In this document: positions 8,803-17,866 of the stretch, in pieces
Numbering within the stretch: position 1 is the first letter of the stretch
Layout: each line of letters begins with the position of its first letter
Source: an uncultured Nitrospiraceae bacterium
Lineage (GTDB): Bacteria; Nitrospirota; Nitrospiria; Nitrospirales; Nitrospiraceae
DNA: 64,000 nucleotides
Direction of reading: 5' to 3'
NCBI GenBank assembly: GCA_963730935.1
Contig: CAVSTP010000001.1
Coordinates: forward strand, 135,646 to 199,645
The notes under the pieces: generated by a model
What the model was told of the DNA's origin: nothing
Databases searched by the model: none
The model's input: the letters and a program-made list of their open reading frames with translations, nothing else
Translations under genes and position numbers: made by a program

Positions 8803-9816
8803 CTAGGAACCTACAAGGGGCGCGACGGCGGACGGAGAGGGGTTTGCTGGTAAGGCCATGCGTACGCAATTCTTGCCAGCAGTCTTCGCCGTATACAGGG
8901 CGGTGTCTGCGGCAACGATGAGATCGGAGGGAATGGACGCGTGGATGGGATAGGTGGCGACACCGATGCTGCAGGTGAGGGCGAAGGGATGCGTGTTGAG
9001 CACCGTCAACTCGGGAAGCATGGTCAACGTCATCACACGGTGGCGGAGCCGTTCGGCGGCGCTGAGAGCGCCGTCCATGGAGGTATCTGGCAGAATCAGT
9101 GCGAACTCTTCCCCGCCATAGCGCGCGGAAAAATCGCTGGCTCGTGCCATACCTCGTCCGGGTGCCTGCTGGCTATCCAGGAGCCAGCCCAATTCGCGGA
9201 GGACCTGGTCTCCCATCGTGTGCCCGTACACGTCGTTGATCTGCTTGAAATTGTCGAGGTCGATGAACAAGAGCGACAGCGGACGCATTGAACGGAGCGC
9301 CAACGCGCAGAGTTGGACCAGGGTTTCTTGGAAATGTGAGTGATTGTAGAGACCGGTCAAGCTGTCGCGGATGGACTGGTCGCGCAACAGCTGGTTGGCC
9401 TGCATGAGATCCCGGTTGGTGTTGGACAGCTTCTTGACCAGTCCTTCGGCTTCCGACTGCTGGCGTTTAATCGCGGTAATGTCCGTAATCGTTTCCACGA
9501 CATGCGTCTGGCCGTTCGACGTTTGGACCTGCGCCCATTGAACCAGGAGGTGCTCGTCGTTGGGCAGGGGAACTTCGCTGGCCGTGGGTTTGCCGCTCTC
9601 GACGGCTTCCGGCATTTTGCAGAAGGCGCAGGGCGTCGCACACCCTGCAATTTTCTCATGACAGGTAAGGTTGGAAATGTCGCCGAATTTGTTTTGAGAC
9701 GTCTGGTTCTGGAAGACGACCTTGTGCGTGGCGGGATCGATGACTGTGATGATCACCGGTTGCGAGTTCAGCAACAGTTGTGGGTCGTATTGTGGTCCTC
9801 TCGGGGGGAGTGCCAT
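8803..9816 (-). CDS. PAS-like + GGDEF diguanylate cyclase
   Basis: DSLTGLYN, DLDNFKQIND, RxxD I-site (RASD), RYGGEEF; Cys-rich CxxxxxxCxxxCxxC in the sensor part. Confidence 0.93.
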   Translation of the reverse strand: MALPPRGPQYDPQLLLNSQPVIITVIDPATHKVVFQNQTSQNKFGDISNLTCHEKIAGCATPCAFCKMPEAVESGKPTASEVPLPNDEHLLVQWAQVQTSNGQTHVVETITDITAIKRQQSEAEGLVKKLSNTNRDLMQANQLLRDQSIRDSLTGLYNHSHFQETLVQLCALALRSMRPLSLLFIDLDNFKQINDVYGHTMGDQVLRELGWLLDSQQAPGRGMARASDFSARYGGEEFALILPDTSMDGALSAAERLRHRVMTLTMLPELTVLNTHPFALTCSIGVATYPIHASIPSDLIVAADTALYTAKTAGKNCVRMALPANPSPSAVAPLVGS

Positions 9817-9936
9817 CGTTGTCGTATACGAATGAGCAGCGAGACTGCGACCAGTATTCCAGTGAGGGCACTTTGGGTCAAGGATTTGAGTGTTTTGGGA
9901 ATGGTGCTAGAATGTGGCATCCCTGCGGAATTCCTC

Positions 9937-11427
9937 ATGACTGCGCTGATCGCGAAGAAGGTCTCGCTTGTGACCTCCGCACCCAAAATCCTCCCCCAGC
10001 TCGTCCCAAGCAGCGCATGCTTCAGCTGTGAGATTTGCTGCCGGTTTCCGGAGCCCGACAGCGTACTGCGGCCATATTTCACCGGTGAGGAGATCGCTCG
10101 GGCGGTCGAGCACGGCCTCCCGCCCACCGCGTTCCCGGACATGCAAGGCAGTCAGGTGGCCCTGCTGCCGGATGCAAAGGGAGAAGGGTTTCACTGCCCC
10201 GCGTTTGAGAGCGAGAGCGGTACCTGCCGCCTCTACGACCATCGACCGCTCGATTGCCAGCTCTATCCTCTGGCTCTTATGTGGAACACCGCTCATAATG
10301 AGGTAGTGCTCGGATGGGACAGGAAATGTCCGTTCATGGAAGTGCAAGTGCCGGAATCCATCCGCCGCCACGCCGATCACGTGATGACCATGCTGGAGCA
10401 GCCCGCCATCGTGGAACAGATCACCCAACATCCGAGACTGGTTGGTCGCTTTCAAGAAGATGTGGTGCAGTTATCTTCACTCCCGGCGCTGACCTGGGCG
10501 ATCATCGCCCGTTGGGGACAACCGCTTCGCCGGCTCCTCTGGGAGGATCTGTCACGCCTGACAGAGGCCATGGAGCAACCCGGTTTCCAAGGCACTCTCG
10601 CCGCGTACTCGGCTCCGTATCACTATCTGTGGAACGCGTTGCTGCCGTACTGGTGGATCGATCTCCACGGCGCTCTCTGTCTGCTCGTTCAATCGCCGAG
10701 CGGGTGGTTCATGCCGTTGCCGCCGCTGGCCAAGGGGTCCCTCGAGCGGCCGTTTCGCGAGGCATTCTCCCTCATGCACCGCTGGAACGGGTCCAGCGCA
10801 GTCAGCCGCGTGGAAAACGTGCCGGCTGAACTGTCCCCAATGCTGGAAGCGATGGGTTTTCGGCTGGTTCCAAAGGATCCAGATTATCTCTATCGAGCTG
10901 ATGCATTAGCCCGGTTGGCCGGTGACCGGTACAAGTCTCAGCGGGCGCTCTGCAACCGAGTCGAGCGTGAAGGAGGGGTGCTCATTGAGCCCTACCATCC
11001 GCGCGACCGCGCGGCCTGCCGACATTTATTGGAGGAGTGGAAACGGCAGAAACGCGCCCAAGGCTCCACTCCCTATGCGGAGTTCCTGCTCGAGGATGCA
11101 GGCTCCGCCCATGAAGTCGCCTGGTCTCATGCGGCTGATCTCAACCTCGTCGGCTCAGTCGTTCGCAAACACGATCGGCTCTGCGGCTACACGTTCGGAT
11201 ACTGGTTGGACACCACAACGTGGTGCGTGCTGTTGGAAGTCGCCGACCGCACCATCCCGGGAATAGCCCAATATCTCTTCCGTGCCACCTGCCGCAAAGC
11301 GCTGTCGGACGGTGCCGAATACATCAATACCCTCGATGATTCTGGGCTCGCCGGGCTGCGCGAATCGAAAGACGCCTATCATCCTATCGCGCGCAGGCAG
11401 AGCTTTATTTGCTCCGAGACCCCATGA
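9937..11427 (+). CDS. YkgJ-type Cys-cluster domain fused to DUF2156 (MprF-C/GNAT-fold aminoacyltransferase-like) domain
   Basis: CFSCEICC..CPAF..CRLYDHRPLDCQLYP, then DYLYRADALARLAGDRYK, EVAD..GIAQY, YINTLDDSGLAGLRESKDAYHP; start uncertain, the ORF-track start overlaps the DGC gene. Confidence 0.8.
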   Translation: MTALIAKKVSLVTSAPKILPQLVPSSACFSCEICCRFPEPDSVLRPYFTGEEIARAVEHGLPPTAFPDMQGSQVALLPDAKGEGFHCPAFESESGTCRLYDHRPLDCQLYPLALMWNTAHNEVVLGWDRKCPFMEVQVPESIRRHADHVMTMLEQPAIVEQITQHPRLVGRFQEDVVQLSSLPALTWAIIARWGQPLRRLLWEDLSRLTEAMEQPGFQGTLAAYSAPYHYLWNALLPYWWIDLHGALCLLVQSPSGWFMPLPPLAKGSLERPFREAFSLMHRWNGSSAVSRVENVPAELSPMLEAMGFRLVPKDPDYLYRADALARLAGDRYKSQRALCNRVEREGGVLIEPYHPRDRAACRHLLEEWKRQKRAQGSTPYAEFLLEDAGSAHEVAWSHAADLNLVGSVVRKHDRLCGYTFGYWLDTTTWCVLLEVADRTIPGIAQYLFRATCRKALSDGAEYINTLDDSGLAGLRESKDAYHPIARRQSFICSETP

Positions 11428-14400
11428 GCAAGCAGGATTTCCAACAGCCGCTCGACTCCTCACGCTACCGTTGGCTGCCCCAACTCATCATCTTGATGAA
11501 CCTCGTCGCCGTGGCGGCAGCCGTGTTTCTCCTCCGCAGCGTAGAGCACCGGCTGGTCCATTCCACGGGCGAAGAGTTGAGGATCGCCGCTGCGGAGGTG
11601 TCGGACAAGCTCGACCGTCTGCTGTTCGAACGGTACGGCGACGCCCAGATGATGGCGCATGCATTCGCTCTGCAGTCGTCCGACCCGACATATCTCTCCA
11701 GCTACCTTGGCTGGATGCGGACGAACCACGGGCCGGTCTATCTGTGGTTGGGGGTGACGAATCGCGATGGCACCATGGTGGCGGCCACGGACGCTTCATT
11801 TCGCGGTCGGGACTTCAGCAGGACCGGGTGGTTTGAGCGTGCGCGTGCAACGAAGACCATCCAGGTTGATGACGTCGCGGTACACGATCCGGACAATGGG
11901 ACCGAGGCCATCGCGTTTACGGCGCCAATTTTGGACCCGGCCGGAACATTTCATGGCGTTGTCACCAGCCGAGTGGCGATCTCGACGCTTGAAGAGGTCA
12001 CCACCAGAACGGTGCGCTCGCTTGAAGCCCGGCAGGAGTTCGCCGGAGCCGTCGCGTTCGAAATGGTGACGTCCGAGGGAATGGTCTTCGTGGATTCGGA
12101 TCTCCTGCACAAGGCACCGCTTGATCGTCCGCAATCAGATCTGCTCGCGTCGAAAGCTCCTCCGTTCGGCGATGCAGGATTCGTCGAGGAGGAGTATCGC
12201 GGGCGTCCGGTCGTGACGGGTTTCGCACGCACGAAAGGTTTTGGCGACTTTCCAGGACTCGGCTGGCATGTGCTGGTCCGTATGGATCGCGACCGCATTC
12301 TCGAGCCGATTACCTCGATTTTGTGGAAGGTGGGAATCACGGGAGCGGTTGTCTGGATTCCCATGGTGTTTCTGCTGTTCTGGTCCACCTCTCACCTGCG
12401 CGCTGAATATCAACAGGTCCAGCAGGAAAGCTCGTGGGCGCGCGCGGCCGAGGCGGCGCTGCTTCAGAGCCAGGAGCGCAACCGGGCGATCGTGGAAACC
12501 GCTCTGGATGCGCTGGTCACCGTCGACGCCGCGGGCATCGTTACTGATTGGAACGGACAAGCATCCACCATTTTCGGATGGTCGCGCGAGGAGGCGCTGG
12601 GCCAGCGTCTGTCGGAATTGATCATTCCTCCAAAAGATCGGGACAGCCATGAAGGAGGATTGCGCCAGTACCTGGCCACCGGGGAAGCGCATTTTTTGAA
12701 TCGACGGGTGGAAGTGCAGGCTCTCCGCCGTTCGGGCGCGGAATTTCCCGTCGAATTGGCCATTTCTCCGGTGCGCGTCGGGGGCACCATCTTTTTCAGC
12801 GCCTTTATCCGCGACATTACTGAGCGGCGTGAAGCAGAGACGAAGCTCAAGGAGAGCGAAATCCGCTACCGCTCTGTCGTGAACGCCCTCGATGAAGGCG
12901 TCGTCGTCATCGATGCGGGGGGCGTTGTGCGCACAGGCAATGCGAGCGCCGAGCGCATCCTTGGGTTACCGGCCGATGAGTTGACCGGGCGGTCGTTACA
13001 CGATGGGCGTTGGCGGACAATTCATGAAGACGGCTCTCCCTTCCGTTCGGAAGACTATCCTGCGGCCGTGACGTTGAGGACCGGCGAACCGCGCGTCAGC
13101 GTCGTGATGGGCGTATACAGGCCCGACGGGAGGCTGCGGTGGATTGACATGAATTCACGACCGTTGCCGGCCGAAGGGGGGAACGGACCGTCGGCCGTTG
13201 TCGTCTCGTTTTCCGACATTACCGAGCGCAAGCGTTCGGAAGAGCGGCTCACCGCCCAGTATGCGGTCACGCGCGTGCTGGCAGAATCCCGCAGTCTTGA
13301 AGAAGCGATGCCGAAGATCATGCAGGCCGTCGGGCAGAATCTGGAATGGGACTGTGGAATTTTCTGGCGCGTGGATCGCAACGCATCGCTGCTTCGTTGT
13401 CTGGACCAATGGCGGACCCCGGGCGTTGGGGTCGAAGCGTTTCTCGAACCCACCTGGGAGCGGACGTTCAAGCCGGAGGAAGGACTGCCGGGCCGTATTT
13501 GGGCGAGCGGGAAAGCCGCCTGGATTACGGACGTCGCACACGATGCGAATTTCCCCCGTCAGGGACTGGCCCATGAGGTGGGATTCCACGGCGCTTTCGG
13601 ATTCCCGGTGCGCGTGGGCGGCGACATCGAGGGCATCATCGAACTCTACAGCCGGCAGGTTCGCGTCCCCGATGAAGAACTGCTGAAAATGATTGAGGAC
13701 GTCGGTCTCAAGCTGGAACAATTCGGCGACCGCACGAGAGCCCAGGAAGCGCTGCAGCAGACGGAGGCGCAACTTCGACAATCACAGAAAATGGAGGCTG
13801 TCGGACGGCTGGCGGGCGGTGTCGCGCACGATTTCAACAATCTCCTGACGGTGATCCGCGGCTACAGCGAGCTTCTGCTCGCGCGACTGGCACCGGACGA
13901 TTCGATCCGCAAAGACCTGATCGAGATCAAAAAAGCGGCGGACCGGGCTTCGGGCTTGACCCGGCAGCTGCTGGCCTTCAGCCGGCGCCAGTTTATCGCG
14001 CCGAAAGTCATCGATCTCAACGCCCTCATCGCCAACATGGACGGCATGCTGCGCCGTCTGCTGGGAGAGGACATCGTCGAATTGTGCACGGAACTAAATC
14101 CGCACACAGGATCGATCAGAGCGGATGCCGGTCAGATCGAGCAGGTCATCATGAATCTGGCCGTCAATGCGCGGGACGCGATGCCGAAGGGCGGGCGTCT
14201 GACGATGGAAACGCGCAACGTGACGATCGGAAAGCCGACGCATCAGACGCCAGCCGGCGTGAAGCCCGGCTCGTATGTGTTGCTCGCCGTCCGGGATACC
14301 GGCCACGGGATGGACGAAGAGACCCAGTCGCATCTCTTTGAGCCCTTCTTCACCACCAAGGAAAAAGGCAAAGGCACCGGGTTGGGTCTGTCGACGGTCT

Positions 14401-14921
14401 ACGGGATCGTCAAGCAAACCGGCGGCAGCATCGTGGTCGAAAGCCGGAAGGACCAGGGCGCCACATTCAAGATCTATTTTCCGCTGGTCGATCAAGGCGC
14501 GACGGGGACAGCCGGAACTCCCGACGCTGAACCGCTGCATGGACGGGAGACGATCCTGCTTGTGGAAGACGAGCCGGCCGTTCGAGGCTTGGTGCATGAA
14601 ACGCTGCGCCTGCACGGGTATACCGTCCTCGAGGCACGCCATGGCATTGAAGCGCTCATGACCGGCGCGAAACATCAGGGGCCGATTCATCTGTTGCTGA
14701 CCGATGTCGTGATGCCGCAGATGAGCGGGCCGGAGGTCGCGGAAAAGATCCAGATCGTCCGGCCAGGGATCAAGGTGCTCTACATGTCCGGCTATCCGGA
14801 CCATCCGGTGTTCGAGCAGGGCGGCATTTCTCGTGACGCGTCGTTTCTCCCCAAGCCGTTCACCCCCAATGTGTTGGCCAAAAAGGTGCGGGACGTGTTG
14901 GACGGCGCGAAGGTAGGGTGA
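11424..14921 (+). CDS. Hybrid sensor histidine kinase (Cache-PAS-PAS-GAF-HisKA-HATPase-REC)
   Basis: Two TM segments, AHDFNNLL, NLAVNARDA, FFTTK..GTGLGL, LLTDVVMP; ATGA overlap with upstream gene. Confidence 0.95.
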   Translation: MSKQDFQQPLDSSRYRWLPQLIILMNLVAVAAAVFLLRSVEHRLVHSTGEELRIAAAEVSDKLDRLLFERYGDAQMMAHAFALQSSDPTYLSSYLGWMRTNHGPVYLWLGVTNRDGTMVAATDASFRGRDFSRTGWFERARATKTIQVDDVAVHDPDNGTEAIAFTAPILDPAGTFHGVVTSRVAISTLEEVTTRTVRSLEARQEFAGAVAFEMVTSEGMVFVDSDLLHKAPLDRPQSDLLASKAPPFGDAGFVEEEYRGRPVVTGFARTKGFGDFPGLGWHVLVRMDRDRILEPITSILWKVGITGAVVWIPMVFLLFWSTSHLRAEYQQVQQESSWARAAEAALLQSQERNRAIVETALDALVTVDAAGIVTDWNGQASTIFGWSREEALGQRLSELIIPPKDRDSHEGGLRQYLATGEAHFLNRRVEVQALRRSGAEFPVELAISPVRVGGTIFFSAFIRDITERREAETKLKESEIRYRSVVNALDEGVVVIDAGGVVRTGNASAERILGLPADELTGRSLHDGRWRTIHEDGSPFRSEDYPAAVTLRTGEPRVSVVMGVYRPDGRLRWIDMNSRPLPAEGGNGPSAVVVSFSDITERKRSEERLTAQYAVTRVLAESRSLEEAMPKIMQAVGQNLEWDCGIFWRVDRNASLLRCLDQWRTPGVGVEAFLEPTWERTFKPEEGLPGRIWASGKAAWITDVAHDANFPRQGLAHEVGFHGAFGFPVRVGGDIEGIIELYSRQVRVPDEELLKMIEDVGLKLEQFGDRTRAQEALQQTEAQLRQSQKMEAVGRLAGGVAHDFNNLLTVIRGYSELLLARLAPDDSIRKDLIEIKKAADRASGLTRQLLAFSRRQFIAPKVIDLNALIANMDGMLRRLLGEDIVELCTELNPHTGSIRADAGQIEQVIMNLAVNARDAMPKGGRLTMETRNVTIGKPTHQTPAGVKPGSYVLLAVRDTGHGMDEETQSHLFEPFFTTKEKGKGTGLGLSTVYGIVKQTGGSIVVESRKDQGATFKIYFPLVDQGATGTAGTPDAEPLHGRETILLVEDEPAVRGLVHETLRLHGYTVLEARHGIEALMTGAKHQGPIHLLLTDVVMPQMSGPEVAEKIQIVRPGIKVLYMSGYPDHPVFEQGGISRDASFLPKPFTPNVLAKKVRDVLDGAKVG

Positions 14922-14999
14922 GGTGCGTCTCTTGATCTTAAACCTCCGTTCCGTTTATCGTGCCGGTGAATTTTACGGAGCTGCCGAAAGCCAAAGCGC

Positions 15000-15818
15000 A
15001 TGACTCAACATGGGCGCGAATTCGACATCGGGCAGTACCGCATTCAGCAGGAACCCTATTACGCGGACGTTCGCGGCGAAGTCGGGCTGTTCACGACGGC
15101 CGCGAAGAGCCGTCTGCCGGTCATGCTCAAGGGACCGACTGGTTGCGGCAAAACGCGGTTCATCCAGCATATGGCGTTCCGGCTCGGTCGGCCGTTGATC
15201 ACGGTGGCATGCCACGAAGATCTTACGGCGGCGGATCTGGTCGGCCGGTATCTCCTCAAGGGACAGGACACGGTGTGGGTCGACGGCCCGCTCACGTTGG
15301 GGGTCAAGCACGGCGCCATCGTCTATCTCGATGAGGTGGTCGAAGCGCGTAAAGATACGACGGTCATCATTCATCCGCTCAGCGACGACCGCCGGCTGCT
15401 GCCGATTGAAAAGAAAGGGCAGGTCGTCGAGGCCGCCGACGATTTCCTTCTCGTCCTCTCGTACAATCCGGGCTATCAGAGCGTGCTCAAGGATTTGAAG
15501 CCGAGCACCAAGCAACGGTTCATGGCGATTGAGTTTGATTATCCTACCCCCGACATTGAAACGGCGATCGTCCAGCGCGAAGCCGGCATTGCCCACGACG
15601 TCGCAGTGCGTCTGGTCAAATTGGGCGGCAAGGTGCGCAATCTCAAGAACCACGGGTTAGAGGAGGGCGTGAGCACCAGGCTCCTCATCTACGCCGGCAC
15701 CTTGATGCGCGAAGGTGTGGCGACAGAGCGGGCCTGCGATGTGGCGATTGCCCGGCCGATTACCGACGATCCCGACATGCAGCGCAGCATCACGGAACTC
15801 GTGAAAGCCATTTTCTAG
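15000..15818 (+). CDS. CbbQ/NirQ/NorQ MoxR-type AAA+ ATPase
   Basis: [49 protein letters not shown]. Confidence 0.93.
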   Translation: MTQHGREFDIGQYRIQQEPYYADVRGEVGLFTTAAKSRLPVMLKGPTGCGKTRFIQHMAFRLGRPLITVACHEDLTAADLVGRYLLKGQDTVWVDGPLTLGVKHGAIVYLDEVVEARKDTTVIIHPLSDDRRLLPIEKKGQVVEAADDFLLVLSYNPGYQSVLKDLKPSTKQRFMAIEFDYPTPDIETAIVQREAGIAHDVAVRLVKLGGKVRNLKNHGLEEGVSTRLLIYAGTLMREGVATERACDVAIARPITDDPDMQRSITELVKAIF

Positions 15819-15822
15819 CAGA

Positions 15823-15908
15823 CAGGATGCTGAAACATCCCGCCAGCATTATTCTCACATCGTTCCAAGGCTCAACAGACAATGGAGAGTATGCTTTTTG
15901 AGCATCCT
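15823..15908. mobile_element. Short MITE-like element with terminal inverted repeats
   Basis: CAGGATGCTGAAA ... TTTTTGAGCATCCT; interior aligns with the copy at 17641. Confidence 0.65.
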
Positions 15909-15951
15909 CTTAGCTCAGCATCAGTTCCATCCACTCCTATCGTTGCAGCCT

Positions 15952-16263
15952 ATGCCTCCTCTGATTGTCCGTGACGGCAAGGATGGGGTCGTGCTCACCG
16001 TCCATGTTCAGCCGAAGGCAGCTCGTACGGCCTGCGTCGGGATCCATGGAGAGGCGCTCAAGATTCGAATCGCGGCGGCGCCGGTCGGAGGAGCCGCAAA
16101 CCGGGAGTTGATCCGTTTTCTCGCAGATGAACTGTCGCTGCCGACCGCAGCCGTGCATATCGAGTCCGGCGAGGGCAGCCGACACAAACGGGTGCGGCTG
16201 GAGGGAACAACTGCGGTCCACATCATGAGACGTCTCATGTCAGAAGGAGGCATGAACACGTGA
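15952..16263 (+). CDS. DUF167 (YggU) family protein
   Basis: VHVQPKA, LKIRIAAAPVGGAANRELI, GEGSRHK. Confidence 0.88.
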   Translation: MPPLIVRDGKDGVVLTVHVQPKAARTACVGIHGEALKIRIAAAPVGGAANRELIRFLADELSLPTAAVHIESGEGSRHKRVRLEGTTAVHIMRRLMSEGGMNT

Positions 16264-16685
16264 GAACGCCCGTGGCCTGGGCCTTCTGCGCGGCCCTAAT
16301 GCTCAGTGCCTGTTCAGGTCCTCGTCCCGTGCTGTACGAGAACCCCCATCTGAAATCCGTCGGGAAAGAAGTGGCAGACCAGGATATTGAAGCCTGCAAG
16401 GAGGCGGCGGAATCGGCCGGTGCCAAAGAGGGCAGCGGCAAGGCCGGAAGTGTGGCGAAGAATACCGCAGTCGGCGCAGGCGTCGGTGCGGCAAGCGGTG
16501 CGGTAGGAGGCGCAATCTCCGGCTCGCCAGGTCTCGGTTCAGCGATCGGCGCAGCCAGCGGAGCCGTGTGGGGATTGCTCATGGGTTTGTTCAATGCCGG
16601 TTCGTCCCAGCCGAGCCAGGCCTACACCAATTATGTGGATCGGTGCTTACAAGAGAAAGGTTATGAGGTGACCGGTTGGCAATAG
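16260..16685 (+). CDS. Glycine-zipper lipoprotein
   Basis: Lipobox LSAC, GAxxGA repeats, DRCLQEKGYEVTGWQ. Confidence 0.85.
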   Translation: MRTPVAWAFCAALMLSACSGPRPVLYENPHLKSVGKEVADQDIEACKEAAESAGAKEGSGKAGSVAKNTAVGAGVGAASGAVGGAISGSPGLGSAIGAASGAVWGLLMGLFNAGSSQPSQAYTNYVDRCLQEKGYEVTGWQ

Positions 16686-17122
16686 GATCGTGGGTCAATC
16701 GGACAAGAGTCCTCATCGTAGGCCTGGTCTTTTTAATGGCGGCCTGCTCGAGTCCGCAGCCAATACTGCGCTCGAATGCGAAAGTGTTGTTGCAGGGACG
16801 CGAGGCCTCGAAGCTGGATGTCGATGTGTGCCAGCAAAAGGCGGAAGCCGCCGGTTTACAGCCTGGAACTGGCAGTCGTAGCGGCAATATGGCCGCGGGA
16901 GCCGCGCTCGGAGTTGTCGCCGGCGCCGCGGTGGGTGCGTCCAGCGGGTTGATCGGAGGTCCAACCGGTGTAGCGATCGGCGCTGCAGCCGGCGGAGGAT
17001 TGGGCCTGATCATCGGTCTCGTCGGAGGGGCCTATAAACCCCTTGAGCCCGATCCGCCTTACGCCGATACGGTGGTGCGGTGTCTCATTGAAAAGGGGTA
17101 TGACGTCACGGGATGGGAGTAA
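16676..17122 (+). CDS. Glycine-zipper lipoprotein (paralog of upstream gene)
   Basis: Lipobox MAAC, glycine zipper, RCLIEKGYDVTGWE. Confidence 0.85.
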   Translation: MAIGSWVNRTRVLIVGLVFLMAACSSPQPILRSNAKVLLQGREASKLDVDVCQQKAEAAGLQPGTGSRSGNMAAGAALGVVAGAAVGASSGLIGGPTGVAIGAAAGGGLGLIIGLVGGAYKPLEPDPPYADTVVRCLIEKGYDVTGWE

Positions 17123-17136
17123 CACGTCAGAGGCGA

Positions 17137-17550
17137 TCACTCTTCTGTTTGCGATGGCGGTGACTCAGCCTTATGCCTCAATGCCCGTCCCTTCTCGGGC
17201 GTCGGATCGGTGATCACACCATAGCATTCTCGTCCTTCGTGCCCTTCCGGCAAGTATTCCGTGATTGGCATTCCATCTTCCCGCACGAACAAGAGACAGT
17301 GGCAATATTTATAGATCTGCATCTCGTCGCATGCGCAGATCCATCGGCGCAGCTTGGCCTCGGCGACTTTGTCCTGGTAGAAATTGCAAGGACAGAGCGG
17401 CTTTCCCAGCTCGTCCACGTGCATGGCCAGGCCCTTGACCACGGCTTCGGTGACGGCGGGATTGGGATGCATCGTCGTGCCGCTCTTCTCGGCGAAGCCC
17501 CGCACATACTTCCACATCTTGTCCAGACTGGCTTGCTTCGGTTCGGTCAT
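17137..17550 (-). CDS. Ferredoxin:thioredoxin reductase catalytic subunit
   Basis: CPC, CAC and CHC fingerprint. Confidence 0.9.
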   Translation of the reverse strand: MTEPKQASLDKMWKYVRGFAEKSGTTMHPNPAVTEAVVKGLAMHVDELGKPLCPCNFYQDKVAEAKLRRWICACDEMQIYKYCHCLLFVREDGMPITEYLPEGHEGRECYGVITDPTPEKGRALRHKAESPPSQTEE

Positions 17551-17640
17551 GTCGGTGATGGCCTCGTGAATGATGATTGACGGCTGTGAACGGCAGTTTA
17601 CAAGCCCAAGGCCGTTCTTTACAATTCAACACTTCCTCGA

Positions 17641-17850
17641 AGGATTGCTGAAAACGGGCTGCTAGCTTCGTTCTCACTTCGCTCAAGGTCTCGACGTGCG
17701 GCCCGGGAAAGAGCTGCTCTGGCAGCTCGAGGTGGGCGGTGAGCTTGGGTGAACGTCTGTTTCAACAGACGGGGGTGGGTGGCTGAAAACGGCTAAGCCT
17801 CCGACCTCTCGCTCGTTGCGGCCTTGCCATCAGCCGTTTTGAGCATCCTG
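17641..17850. mobile_element. MITE-like element, longer copy with internal insert
   Basis: AGGATTGCTGAAAA ... TTTTGAGCATCCTG; the interior 17705-17743 resembles the reverse complement of the 1429-1472 module. Confidence 0.7.
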
Positions 17851-17866
17851 TAAGAATCCTAGAGCT

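Noticed and set aside
9340..9936. N-terminal ~200 aa of the 695-aa ORF
   Set aside because: It is antisense to the diguanylate cyclase; recognisable domains begin only after about 9937
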